64,000 bases of DNA from Eledone cirrhosa (Eukaryota): contig OZ024746.1 in assembly GCA_964016885.1 (NCBI GenBank), forward strand, positions 45,198,001 to 45,262,000, in the 5' to 3' direction. Shown piece after piece: positions 40,384 to 51,900 of the stretch. A program made the position numbers and the translations under genes. Below the pieces are notes generated by a model. It was not told where the DNA came from. It made no database searches and saw nothing but the letters and a program-made list of their open reading frames with translations. The stretch's first letter is position 1. Each line of letters begins with the position of its first letter.

Positions 40384-42914
40384 GATTTCTTTATTAACCA
40401 CAAGGGTTTACATAAAGTAGACATTAAGGACAGTGCAGGACAATACAAGACGGTACAAATGGGCATTTCTGCGTGTAAAAAACAAAAACAGAGGATGTAA
40501 CAAAAAAATAACAATGAAAAATTCCCCGATAGGGGGAGACTTCGGAGGAACATTTGTGGAGAAAGCCCAGTAAAAGGACACAGTGACCCTGACCACCAAG
40601 GCACGTGCCCTCTCCCAGTTTTCCACCTTTAATTTACAGATACGTACTCAGAGTAGGCCCATTCACTCGGGCCATTCTTGCTTCTCTCACCCATCTTTCA
40701 ATAAAATGCTGGGAAGAGAGCACTTCCCTCTCTACTCTGATTTTCCTTTTCAAATGAAATTTGAAAAAGTCAATCAGGGCATCACCGAAGAGGTAAGTGC
40801 TCGTCTTCAGCCCTTTCAAACGTGTCCACCATACTATCTCTTTCGCCATGCCCTTCCCGGCTAAAGCAAGAGGCGGGGCAATCCTCACGATGGACTCAGA
40901 TGATAGCCGGATCCGTCCTACACGCGACAGCAGGTGTTCGACATAAACCCACAAGTCAGCAATTTTCGTACACTGGACGAGTGCGTGCAGGACGGTTTCG
41001 TCGTCCTGCGCGCATCTCGGACATGCCCGGCTGACGACACCTCGATGCCTGTAGAGTTTATCCCGAACTGGCAAGGCTCCTCGGTAGCACTGCCAGGCCA
41101 GAGATTTCTGGAAGTTGTCCATAGGTCCCGGCCCGAAAGTTCTTCCGAAGAGATTGGCTACTTGATTTTCGTCGACGCCTAGAGTTTCCCCAAGTACGTC
41201 GTCGCTCTTCCCCTCCACTAATCCTCTATAGAACGCCGAGGTGGAGTTTCGACCGATCACATTGTCCAATTGGTCGAGGGCTGTGAGCGCCTGAAGACAT
41301 TCCAGTCTCCAGGCGCTCCCTCTCGGTCTTCGCTTGACCCAGGACTGCAGCTCCGTCAAGGAAACGAGCTGGGGAAATACGTGTCTAGCAAACGGCAACC
41401 ACACCTGATCACCCTCGAGGAAGAGGTGAAGATGTAGTAGTCTGAGCACGTGTCTGCGCATCATCAGCCATGGCATGCCCAGCCCTACACGTAGCAAGTG
41501 TTGACAGCAGATGGACCGCCTGACCATCGGAGCGCGTCCCTTCCACAAAAAGCGAAAGAGCAAACGCTCCAGCGCAGTCAGGCGGGGCTTAGGACAAGGT
41601 ACGACGGTCAGGCGGTAGCAGAGGACAGACGCGATGTACGCGTTAGCCACCTCCGCTCGACCTTTCAGGGATAGCTTCCTCTCCGCCCATTTCTGGGTGA
41701 GAGAAGCCACCCTTCTCGTCACCTCGTCCCAGTATTTGTCCGTCTGGGCAAGAAGGGGCCATCCCGGGGGGGGGGACGTGGGTCAGTTTGACCCTCACAA
41801 TTTTTTGTCGGCAGTGAAGGGCACCAACACAATTTTCTCGCTCCTTAGGGTCACTAAGGATTGAGCCTTTGCCTCCTGGGGTGTGGCAAAAAGCACGTCC
41901 ACGTTGGCATATTTCTTGCCCCGGGTGATATGCGTTTTCCGCTGCCACACAGACCCTAAGGCTTTTTGTATTTGAGCCTCTGTGGCCCTTTCAACCCTAC
42001 GAGATTTTGTGCTTACTGTACGGTACGTGACCGTACAGTGCTGTTGGGTTTCGAAAAGTTTTCGGCTGCCTTCCAGATTGCTCGGTGTCCGGTTTTCGTC
42101 ACCATCTTCTTTGCTTCCTGTAATTCCTCATTTGTTATAAGGATGGTTTCCAGGTTCTTTGCGATACCTTACAAACGAGATTGGTTTTTCTTTCTTGTTG
42201 TTGTCGTCGTCAGAGCTGCTGTTACTTTTGTTGTTGCTGCTGGTACTACGACTGCCGCCGCCGCTGTTGCTGTGGTTGTTGTTGTTGTTGCTGCTGCTGT
42301 TGTTGTTTCTGTTGCTGCTAATGCTGTTGTTGTTTATGCTGCTGCTGATGCTGTTGCGGCTGCTACTGTTGTTTTCCGTGTCACTGTTGCTGCTGCTGCT
42401 GTTATTACGGCTGCTACTGCTATTATTCATGACGTCAGACGAATGAAATGGGTTTTCGTATTTACCGCACACCTTTTTGATCGTTGTCGTCGTCGTGGAG
42501 AAATCTTCCACGTTTCGCACGTGATTTTGGAAACTATTTTTCTTTACTGGTGTCGCTTTACTGGCGTCTCTGGGAGGGAGAGAAACACATTTAGAGAAGG
42601 GAGGGAGAGAGACAATCTCCTCTCTGGTGTAGTGACCATTGAAGAAGAAGAAGACGGAATGAGTGGGAGTGACTTGTGAAAATTATTTTTTGTAGCCATG
42701 TTTCATTTTGGTTTAAAATAAATATTGGGCATAAAACCCCAATAAGCGGTTATTTAACCCCGAAGGGCCGAATAATGGGCAGAAAGACCCCTCTCACGAG
42801 GAGGAGGGTGTTTTTGTCTACAATTTGGTTAAAGTTTTAAACAATTTACAATTGTTATAGCGGTTAAAATTTAAAATACCTTACAGAGCCGCGCATCCGT
42901 CAACCATGGCATTC
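40384..42914 (-). mobile_element. Tx1 copy D (5' module type 2), internally deleted (~3.5 kb removed, junction ~41747)
   Basis: Both termini intact. Mid-ORF1 (VKLTHVPP) is fused directly to late ORF2 (…DEVTRRVASL). Confidence 0.93.
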
Positions 42915-42949
<35 letters not shown>

Positions 42950-43211
42950 TTTCTTTATTAACCACAAGGGTTTACATAAAGTAGACATTAAGGACAGTGC
43001 AGGACAATGCAGGACGGTACAAATGGGCATTTCTGCGTGTAAAAAAACAAAAACAGAGGATGTAACAAAAATAACAATGAAAATAACAATGAAAAAATTC
43101 CCCAATAGGGGGGGAGACTTCGGAGGGACATTTGTGGAGAAAGCCCAGTAAAAAGCCACAATGACCCTGACCACCAAGGCAAGTGCCCTCTCCCAGTTTT
43201 CCACCTTTAGT

Positions 43212-46200
43212 TTACAGATATATACTCAGAGTCGGCCCATTCACTCGGGTCATTCTTGCTTCTCTCACCCATCTTTCAACAAAATGCTGGGAAGAGAGCA
43301 CTTCCTTCTCTACTCTGATTTTCCTTTTCAAATGAAATTTGAAAAAGTCAATCAGAGCATCACCGAAGAGGTAAGTGCTCGTCTTCAGCCCTTTCAAACG
43401 TGTCCACCATACTATCTCTTTCGCCATGGCCACCAGACAGATAAAAACTGCCTGCCCTTCCCGGCTAAAGGAGGAGGGCGGGGCAATCCTCACGATAGAC
43501 TCAGATGATAGCTGGATCCGTCCCAAACGCGACAGCAGGTGTTCGACATAAACCCACAAGTCAGCAATTTTCGGACACTGGACGAGTGCGTGCAGGACGG
43601 TTTCGTCGCCCTGCGCGCATCTCGGACATGCCCGGCTGACGGCACCTCCATGCCTGTAGAGTTTATCCCGAACTGGCAAGGCTCCTCGGTAGCACTGCCA
43701 GGCCAGAGATTTCTGGAAGTTGTCCATAGGCCCTGGCCCGAAAGTTCTTCCGAAGAGATTGGCTAGTTGATTTTCGTCGACGCCTAGAGTTTCCCCAAGT
43801 ACGTCGTCGCTCTTCCCCTCCACTAATCCTCTATAGAACGCCGAGGTGGAGTTTCCACCGATCACATTGCCCGATTGGTCGAGGGCTGTGAGCGCCTGAA
43901 GACATTCCAGTCTCCAGGCGCTCCCTCTCGGTCTTCGCTTGACCCAGGACTGCAGCTCCGTCAAGGAAACGAGCTGGGGAAAAACGCGTCTAGCAAACGG
44001 CGACCACACCTGATCACCGTCGAGGAAGAGGTGGAGATGTCGTAGCCTGAGCGCGTGCCTGCGCATCATCAGCCACGGCATGCCCAGCCCTCCACGTAGC
44101 GGGTGTTGACAACAGATGGACCGCCTGACCATCGGAGCACGTCCCTTCCACAAAAAGCGAAAGAGCAAACGCTCCAGCGCAGTCAGGCGAGGCTTAGGAC
44201 AAGGTACGACGGTTAGGCGGTAGCAGATGACAGACGCGATGTACGCGTTAGCCACCTCCGCTCTACCTTTCAGGGATAGCTTCCTCTCCGCCCATTTCTG
44301 GGTGAGAGAAGCCACCCTGCTCGTCACCTCGTCCCAGTTTTTGTCCGTCTGGAGGTCCGGACCGAACCAGACCCCTAGCAATTTAACCGGTCCGTCCGTC
44401 CAGCGCCCGACGACGCTGTTGGACGGCATGGACCTGCCTCTCCAGGTGCCGAGCTGCAGGCCCACTGACTTTTCCTGGTTGATCATTGCTCCTGTCACCG
44501 CTTCGTATTCTCTTAGTGTAGTGCCGATCGCCTCGATGTGTTTGGCGTTCGACACCACTACGGTGACATCGTCCGCATATGCTGACACGGATCTTCCGCA
44601 TCCTAGTTCGCGCGGGACTCCCCTCAACGTCTCCAGTTTGTGCAGTAATGGCTCGAGAGTCAATACGTACAAGAGGGACGAGAGGGGACATCCTTGGCGG
44701 ACCGAGCGCATGATGTTGAACGGTTCCGACAGGTGACCGTTCACTCTCACCATAGAGCAGATGTCGCTGTGCATGGCAGCGATCCAGCCTCTGAAGACGG
44801 GCCCAAAGCCAGCCGCCCTCAGGACTGCCGCTAGGTAACGATGGTCGACCCTATCGAAAGCTTTCGACTGATCTAAATTGATCAAGGACCCACCCGTGCC
44901 AGGTTCCCTAGCTACCCTCTCTACGATGTATCGCATGAGGTGGAGGTTGTCGTGGATGGATCTGTCGGGAATGGCGCATGTCTGCGCCTCTCCCACCAGA
45001 CCACCAACGACAAGCGCCAACCTCTTTGCTAGCACCTTGGCCAAAATCTTAAACTCTGTGTTTAGCAGAGTTATGGGCCGGAAATTGTCTATGTTATCCC
45101 CCTTGTTCGGATCCTTTCTCAGCAGTGCCACCGCTCCTCGGCTCACAGAACTGGGAATTCTCCCGTTCTGTTGCCAGTTGCAGTAGACGTCCGCCAAGAG
45201 GCCTCCGAACAAGTCTGGCATCTGTACGTAAAGTTCATAGGGCAGACCATCCAAACCAGGCGATTTACCCCTTGTGCAGCCAGTCATTGCCTCCCGTACT
45301 TCAGCGGCTGTTATCGGCTTTTCGCAACACCTCGCCTCAGTGGCCGAGAGCCGCGGCAGTCCGTCGAGGTAGACACTAAAGTCCATCCCTCTACCCGGCC
45401 CCCCGCTGCCCCCGAACAGCTGAGCGAAGTGTCGCTGAAAAGCTTCACACATTTGCCCGGGATCGAGTAGCATGCGCCCGTCGTGGTCCACCAAAGACCG
45501 GATCGTGGCTTTGTTGCCACGACGCGCCTCCGCCACTCGGGCCCATTGAACGGCTTTCGTCCCCTCGTGTCTGAGAGCACGCACCCTAGCTCTGACAACG
45601 CAGCCTTCGTGCTTTGCATTGAAGAATTGGTCAAGGGCCAATTTCGCCGCAAGCACGTCGGTCGCAATGCCTTTGCTAAGCGCCTCGTCTAATTTTCTCT
45701 ATTGCTAAAGCCTTACTAAACCTAATCGATTCTATTCTAATCGCTCTTTTCAGAGCAGACCACCACTTGTTGTTGACGATGGCCCCCGTCAACACCCGCT
45801 TAACTAGTTCGCTAATCCGGTCTCTGTAGGCCTTGCGCGCTGGTAAGGACGCGTTTAGCTTCCAGTAGCCGGGTCCTCGTCTATGAAGCCTATCTAAGTC
45901 AAGCACACAGGTCACGAATTTGTGGTCCGTGTAGCTGACTATCTTGAATTGTGGACAGCCTATGCTAGACCTATCTATTTCCCTACAAAATACTCTATCT
46001 AGATATGATCTGGATGACCCTATGCGGTTTGTCCAAGTCCACATTGGTACATTCGGGAAATCCAATCGGTACCTGTCAGACAGTTCAAAACGCCTGAGCA
46101 GGTTGGTGAGGCTCTTGCACCCTCCACCCCTATCCGCTAATCCCACACAGTCCCAGCGTGCATCTAAGATCCCGTTCCAGTCGCCCACTAACACTAAAGA

Positions 46201-46602
46201 GCGGGACGTTCCAAGAAAGGTCTCCAGACGCCGGAAGAAATCAGGCCGCCCTGCTCCCGTCGGGGCATAGACGGCCACTAGCCTGAAAGCTTGCCCGTCT
46301 CCGCTGGTCACGTCCAGCACCACCAGCTTACCCTCTGGGTCCAGGAAGATGGCCCGTATGGCGATATCCAAACCTCTCCGAAAAAGCACAGCAACTCCTC
46401 CACCCGATCCAGGACGGCTGGGAGATGCGTACACATCGTAGCCGCCGAAGATCGGTGCGAAGGCCCGTGCTTCGGAGATTCTGGTCTCGCTGATGGCCAC
46501 TACATCTATGTTTAGTGACCTGAGGTCGTTGAGCAGGTGACCCTGCTTCCATGACGACCCCAAGCCACGCGCATTTATGCTGCCTATTCTGAGTGAGGTC
46601 AT
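43212..46602 (-). pseudogene. ORF2 (APE-RT-CCHC) split by a 29-bp deletion at ~45692; YADD intact
   Basis: ORFs 45676-46602 and 43212-45656 align with copy C ORF2. Confidence 0.92.
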
Positions 46603-46637
46603 GTTTAAAATAGAGTGGAAAAGATGGGAAAGACCAC

Positions 46638-48734
46638 TTACCGTACTTTTGGTAGAGGAGGGATGGTTTTTACATCCCTTTTCACTTGATCGTCTGGTGA
46701 AGGGACCGTTGAATCGTCCCTTCGGCTGGTCGTCGGCTCTTCTAAGAGAATGTCTGAATATACTCTTCGATTGATGGTTCCTCCTAGGTCCCTGAAATCA
46801 CCAACTGCGTTGGGGAATTTCGTTTTAATGTTTGTGTATTGTTTCTGTGCTATTTTTAGCAGTCTTATGTTAGTTGGCGTTTTGATTGGTGCTGGTATTA
46901 TGTAGTCCTGTTGTGAAATGTCTGTGTGTTCAATTATGTAAGTCATTAGTTTCTTGTTGTGTGTGTTTATTGCCGTGCATTTGTTTTTCTGGGGGTGGGG
47001 TGTGGTTCTGCTATTTTCTTGTCGTTGTTGCTGGGTGTGTGTGTTTTGTTGTTGTGTTTGCGATGTTGGTGCTTGTGGTGGTGGTGTTGAAGGTGTTGTT
47101 GGCGGTGGGGTTGTCGCCGGTGGTGATGGTGGTGCTGGTGTGGGTGGTGATGGTGTTGGTGGTGTTGCTGCTGTGGGTCTCTTTGCAGTAGACTTTACCC
47201 TTTTCTCATTTCTTTCCTCCCTTTTCAAAGGCGACGATGCGCTGCTTCTGCGTTTGTGCCTTCTTGCAACCTTTTGCCACCCCTCTCCCACCTCACACTC
47301 CATGTCTGATTCTGTGAGGTCGGGGAGGGGTACCAGCTCCACTCTTTCACTTGTTGTTGTTGGTGATGTTTGCACTGGAGTCTCTGTTGCAGCTGCATTT
47401 GGTATTGCTGTTGTTGTTGTTACTATTTCCACTGCTGCTGCTGTTTTTGATTTCCGTGGAGTGGGTATGGGTGCCACGGACCTATCGTTCCTGGTTGCCG
47501 CTTGTCCTGCTGCTTGTAGCCGTGGAGCCGGATTCGGAAGGAGGGGGGTTTTCTCCTTTCTCAGGGTCTTCTCGTTGCAGAAGGCCCTGAGGTGAGTCTT
47601 CGATCCACAGCGAAAGCATTTCGGGCATTTGCCCTCAACACTTATGGGCAGTTGAGTGCCGTTATCGAAGTCTATCACATCCGGGATAGCTTCGATGCAC
47701 TCCTGGTTGGTTTGGATTAGCATCTCAATGGAGGAGCCGCCCCAATCTTCTCTTACTTTTTTCTGTACTTGCAGTACAGTTGTTTTGTCCTCGATTCCGA
47801 CGAGGACAGACGCGGCCAGCCAAGAAGGGGTCATTCCGGGGGGGACGTGGGTCAGTTTGACCCTCACAATTTTTTGCCCACAGTAGGAGGGCACCAACAC
47901 CATTTCCTCGCTCCTTAGGGTCACTACTGATTGGGCCTTTGCCTCCTGGGGTGTGGCAAAAAGTACGTCTACGGTGGCATATTTTTTGCCTCGGGTGATG
48001 TGCGTTTTCCGCTGCCACACAGACCCCAGGGCTTTTTGTATTTGGGCCTCTGTGGCTCTTTCCACCCTACGGGATTTTGTACTTACTGTACGGTACGTGA
48101 CCGTACAGTGCTCTTGGGTTTCGAAACATGTTTCCGCTGCCTTGCAGATTGCTCGGTGTCCGTTCTTTGTCACCATCTTCTTCGCTTCCTCTAATTCCTC
48201 ATTTGTTATGAGGATTGTTTCCAAGTTTTTCGCAATACCTGCAAATGAGATTGGTTTTTCTCTGCTGTTGTTGTTGTCGTCAGAGCTGCTGGTACTTTTG
48301 TTGTTGCTGCAGGTGCTACGACTACTGCCTCCGCCGCTGTTGCTGTGGTTGTTGTTGGTGTTGCTGCTGCTAATGCTGTTGTTGTTTATGCTGCTGGTGA
48401 TGCTGTTGCGGCTGCTACTGTTGTTTTCATTGTCACTGTTGCAGTTGTTATTACGGCTGCTACTGCTATTATTCCTGACGTCTGACGAATGAACTGGGTT
48501 TTCGTATTTCCCGCACACCTGTTTCGTCGCTGTCGTCGTCGTCGTGGAGAAACCTTGCACGCTTTGCACGAGACTTTTCTTTTCTTTCGTCACTTGCGAA
48601 AGAGAAGGGAGGGAGAGAGACACATTTAAAGAAGGGAGGGAGAGAGACAATCTTCTCTCTGCTGTAGTGATGATTGAGGAAGAAGAAGACGGAATGAGTG
48701 GGAGTGACGTATGAAATTTCTTTTTCGTAGCCAT
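46638..48734 (-). CDS. ORF1 type 2, intact 698-aa gag-like nucleic-acid-binding protein
   Basis: Ser/Asn-rich N-terminus, RRM-like region, knuckle CFRCGSKTHLRAFC, EGWQKVARRHKRR motif, Pro/Thr-rich linker. Lies directly upstream of ORF2. Confidence 0.9.
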   Translation of the reverse strand: MATKKKFHTSLPLIPSSSSSIITTAERRLSLSLPSLNVSLSLPSLSQVTKEKKSLVQSVQGFSTTTTTATKQVCGKYENPVHSSDVRNNSSSSRNNNCNSDNENNSSSRNSITSSINNNSISSSNTNNNHSNSGGGSSRSTCSNNKSTSSSDDNNNSREKPISFAGIAKNLETILITNEELEEAKKMVTKNGHRAICKAAETCFETQEHCTVTYRTVSTKSRRVERATEAQIQKALGSVWQRKTHITRGKKYATVDVLFATPQEAKAQSVVTLRSEEMVLVPSYCGQKIVRVKLTHVPPGMTPSWLAASVLVGIEDKTTVLQVQKKVREDWGGSSIEMLIQTNQECIEAIPDVIDFDNGTQLPISVEGKCPKCFRCGSKTHLRAFCNEKTLRKEKTPLLPNPAPRLQAAGQAATRNDRSVAPIPTPRKSKTAAAVEIVTTTTAIPNAAATETPVQTSPTTTSERVELVPLPDLTESDMECEVGEGWQKVARRHKRRSSASSPLKREERNEKRVKSTAKRPTAATPPTPSPPTPAPPSPPATTPPPTTPSTPPPQAPTSQTQQQNTHTQQQRQENSRTTPHPQKNKCTAINTHNKKLMTYIIEHTDISQQDYIIPAPIKTPTNIRLLKIAQKQYTNIKTKFPNAVGDFRDLGGTINRRVYSDILLEEPTTSRRDDSTVPSPDDQVKRDVKTIPPLPKVR

Positions 48735-48973
48735 GTTGTTTTTTGTTTAAAATGAAATTTTGGGTACAAAACCCCAATAACTGGTTATTTAACCCCGAAG
48801 AGCCAAATAACGGACAGAAAGACCCCTCTCACGAGGAGGAGGGTGTCTTTATCAACAATTTGGTTCAAGTTTTAAACAATTTACAATTGTTTTAACGGTT
48901 AAAAATTACTATACCTTACAGAGCCGAGCCTCCGTCAACCATGGCATTCAATAATAATAATAATAATAATAAT

Positions 48974-51900
48974 GATTTCACAAGGGGTTACATAAAGTAG
49001 ACATTAAGGACAGTACAGGACAATGCAGAACGGTACAAATGGGCATTTCTGCGTGTAAAAATACAGAGGATGTAATAAAAAAAATAACAATGAAAAATTC
49101 ACCAATAAGGGGGGAGACTTCCGAGGGACATTTATGGAGAAAGCCCATTAAAAGGCCACAGTGACCCTGACCACAAGGGCAAGTGCCCACTCCCAGTTTT
49201 CCACCTTTAATTTACAGAGAGATACTCAGAGTAGGCCCATTCACTCGGGCCATACTTGCTTCTCTCACCCATCTTTCAACAAAATGCTGGGAAGAGAGCA
49301 CATCCCTCTCTACCCTGATTTACCTTTTAAAATGAAATTTGAAAAAGTTAATCAGGGCATCACCGAAGAGGTAAGTGCTCGTCTTCCGCCCTTTCAAACG
49401 TGTCCACCATACTATCTCTTTCGCCATGGCCACCAGACAGATAAAAACTGCCTGCCCTTCCCGGCTAAAGGAAGAGGGCGGGGCAATCCTCACGATGGAC
49501 TCAGCTGAGAGCCGGATCCGTCCTACACGTGACAGAAGTGTTCGACATAAACCCACAAGTCAGCAATGCTCGGACACTCTACGAGTGCCTGCAGGACGGT
49601 TTCGTCGCCCTGTGCGATTCTCCATGCCTGTAGAGTTTATCCCGAACTGGCAAAGCTCCTCGGTAGCACTGCCAGGCCAGAGATTTCTGGAAGTTGTCCA
49701 TAGGCCCCGGCCCGAAAGTCCTTCCGAAGAGATTGGCTAGTTGATTTTCGTCGACTCCTACAGTTTCTCCAAGTACGTCATCGCTCTTCCCCTCCACTAA
49801 TCCTCTATAGAACGCCAAGGTGGAGTTTCCACCGATCATATTGCCCGATTGGTCGAGGGCTGTGAGCGCCTGAAGACATTCCAGTCTCCAAGCGCTCCCT
49901 CTCGGTCTTCGCTTGACCCAGGACTGCAGCTCTGTCAAGGAGATGAGCTGGGGAAAGACGTGTCTAGCAAACGGCGACCACACCTGATCACCGTCGAGGA
50001 AGAGGTGGAGATGTTGTAGCCTTAGCGCGAGTCTGCGCATCATCAACCACGGCATGCCCAGCCCTCCACGTAGAGAGTGTTGACAACAGATGGACCGCCT
50101 GACCATCGGAGCGCGTCCCTTCCACAAAAAGGGAAAGAAAAACGTTCCAGCGCAGTCAGGCAGGGCTTAGGACATGGTACGACGGTCAGGCGGTAGTAGA
50201 TGACGGATGCGATGTACGCGTTGGCCACCTCCGTTCGACCATTCAGGGATAGCTTCCTCTCCGCCCATTTCTGGGTGAGAGAAGCCACCCTGTTCGTCAC
50301 CTCGTCCCAGTTTTTGTCCGTCTGGAGGTCCGGACCGAACCAGACCCCTAGCAATTTAACCGCTCCGCCCGTCCAGCGCCCGACAACGCTGTTGGACCGC
50401 ATGGACCTGCCTCTCCAGGTGCCGAGCTGCAGGCCTACTGACTTTTCCTGGTTGATCATTGCTCCTGTCACCACTTCGTATTCTCTTAGTGTAGTGCCGA
50501 TCGCCTCGATGTGTTTGGCGTTCGACACCACTACGGTGACATCGTCCGCATATACTGACACGAATGTTCCGCATCCTAGTTCGCCCGGGACCCGCCTCAA
50601 CGTCTCCAGTTTGTGCAGTAATGGCTCGAGAGTCAATACGTACAAGAGAGACGAAAGGGGACATCCTTGGCGGACCGAGCGCATGATGTTGAACGGTTCC
50701 GAAAGGTGACCGTTGACTCACATCACAGAGCAGATGTCGCTGTGCATGGCAGCGATCCAGCCTCTGAAGACGGGCCCAAAGACAGCCGCCCACAGGACTG
50801 CCGCTAGGTAACGATGGTCGACCCTATCGAAAACTTTCGACTGATCTAAATTGATCAAGGACCCACCCGTGCCAGGATCCCTAGCTACCCTCTCTACGAT
50901 GTATCGCATGAGGTGAAGTTTGTCGTGGATTGATCTGACGGGAATTGCGCATCTCTCCACCTCTCCCACCAGACCACCAACGACAAGCGCCGACCTCTTT
51001 GCTAGCACCTTGGCCAAAATCTTGAACTCTGTGTTTAGCAGAGTTATGGGCCTGAAATTATCTATGTTATCCCTTTGTTCGGATCCTTTCTCAGCAGCGC
51101 CACAGCTCCTCGGCTTACAGAGCTGGAAATTCTCCCGTTCTGTTGCCAGTTGCAGTAGACGTCCGCCAAGAGGCCTCCGAACAAGTCTGGCATCTGTACG
51201 TAAAGTTCATAGGGGAGACCATCCAAACCAGGCGATTTACCCTTTGTGCAGCCAGTCATTGCCTCCCGTATTTTAGCGGCTGTTATCGGCTTTTCGCAAA
51301 ACTCCGCCTCAGTGACCGAGAGCCGCGGCCCGCCGATTCCCCCGAACAGCTGTGCGAAGTGTCGCTGAAAAGCTTCACAGATTTTCCCGGGATAGAGAAG
51401 CATGCGCCCCTCGTGGTCCACCAAAGAACGTATCTTGGCTTTGTTGCCACGACGCGCCTCCGCCACTCAGGCCCATTGAACGGCTTTCATCAAGTCGTGT
51501 CTGAGAGCACGCACCCTAGCTCTGACAACGCAGCCTTCGTGCTTTGCATTGAAGAATTGGTCAAGGGCTAATTTCGCCGCAAGAACGTTGGTCGCGATGC
51601 CTTTGCTAAGCGCCTCGTCTAATTTTCTAACTAATTCTCCCTCTGCTCTATTTGTCTCTATTGCTAAAGCCTTACTAAACCTAATGGACTCTATTCTAAT
51701 TGCTCTTTTCAGAGCAAACAGTCACTTGTTGTTGACGCTGGCCCCCGTCAACGCCCGCTTAACTGGTTCGCTAATCCGGTCTCTGTAGGCCTTGCGCGCT
51801 GGTAAGGACGCGTTTAGCTTCCAGTAGCCGGGTCCGCGTCTACGAAGCCTATCTAAGTCAAGCACACAGATCACGAATTTGTGGTCCGTGTAGCTGACTA

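Larger units (their letters stand above)
42948..48949 (-). mobile_element. Tx1 copy E (5' module type 2), full length
   Basis: 5' end GAATGCCATGGTTGACGG. (AAT)n on both sides (42915-42947, 48950-48973). Confidence 0.97.

Noticed and set aside
40408-40626. Possible ORF3 in the Tx1 3'UTR (MENWERA…)
   Set aside because: Non-ATG start, frame varies with indels among copies, not preserved in subfamily G.
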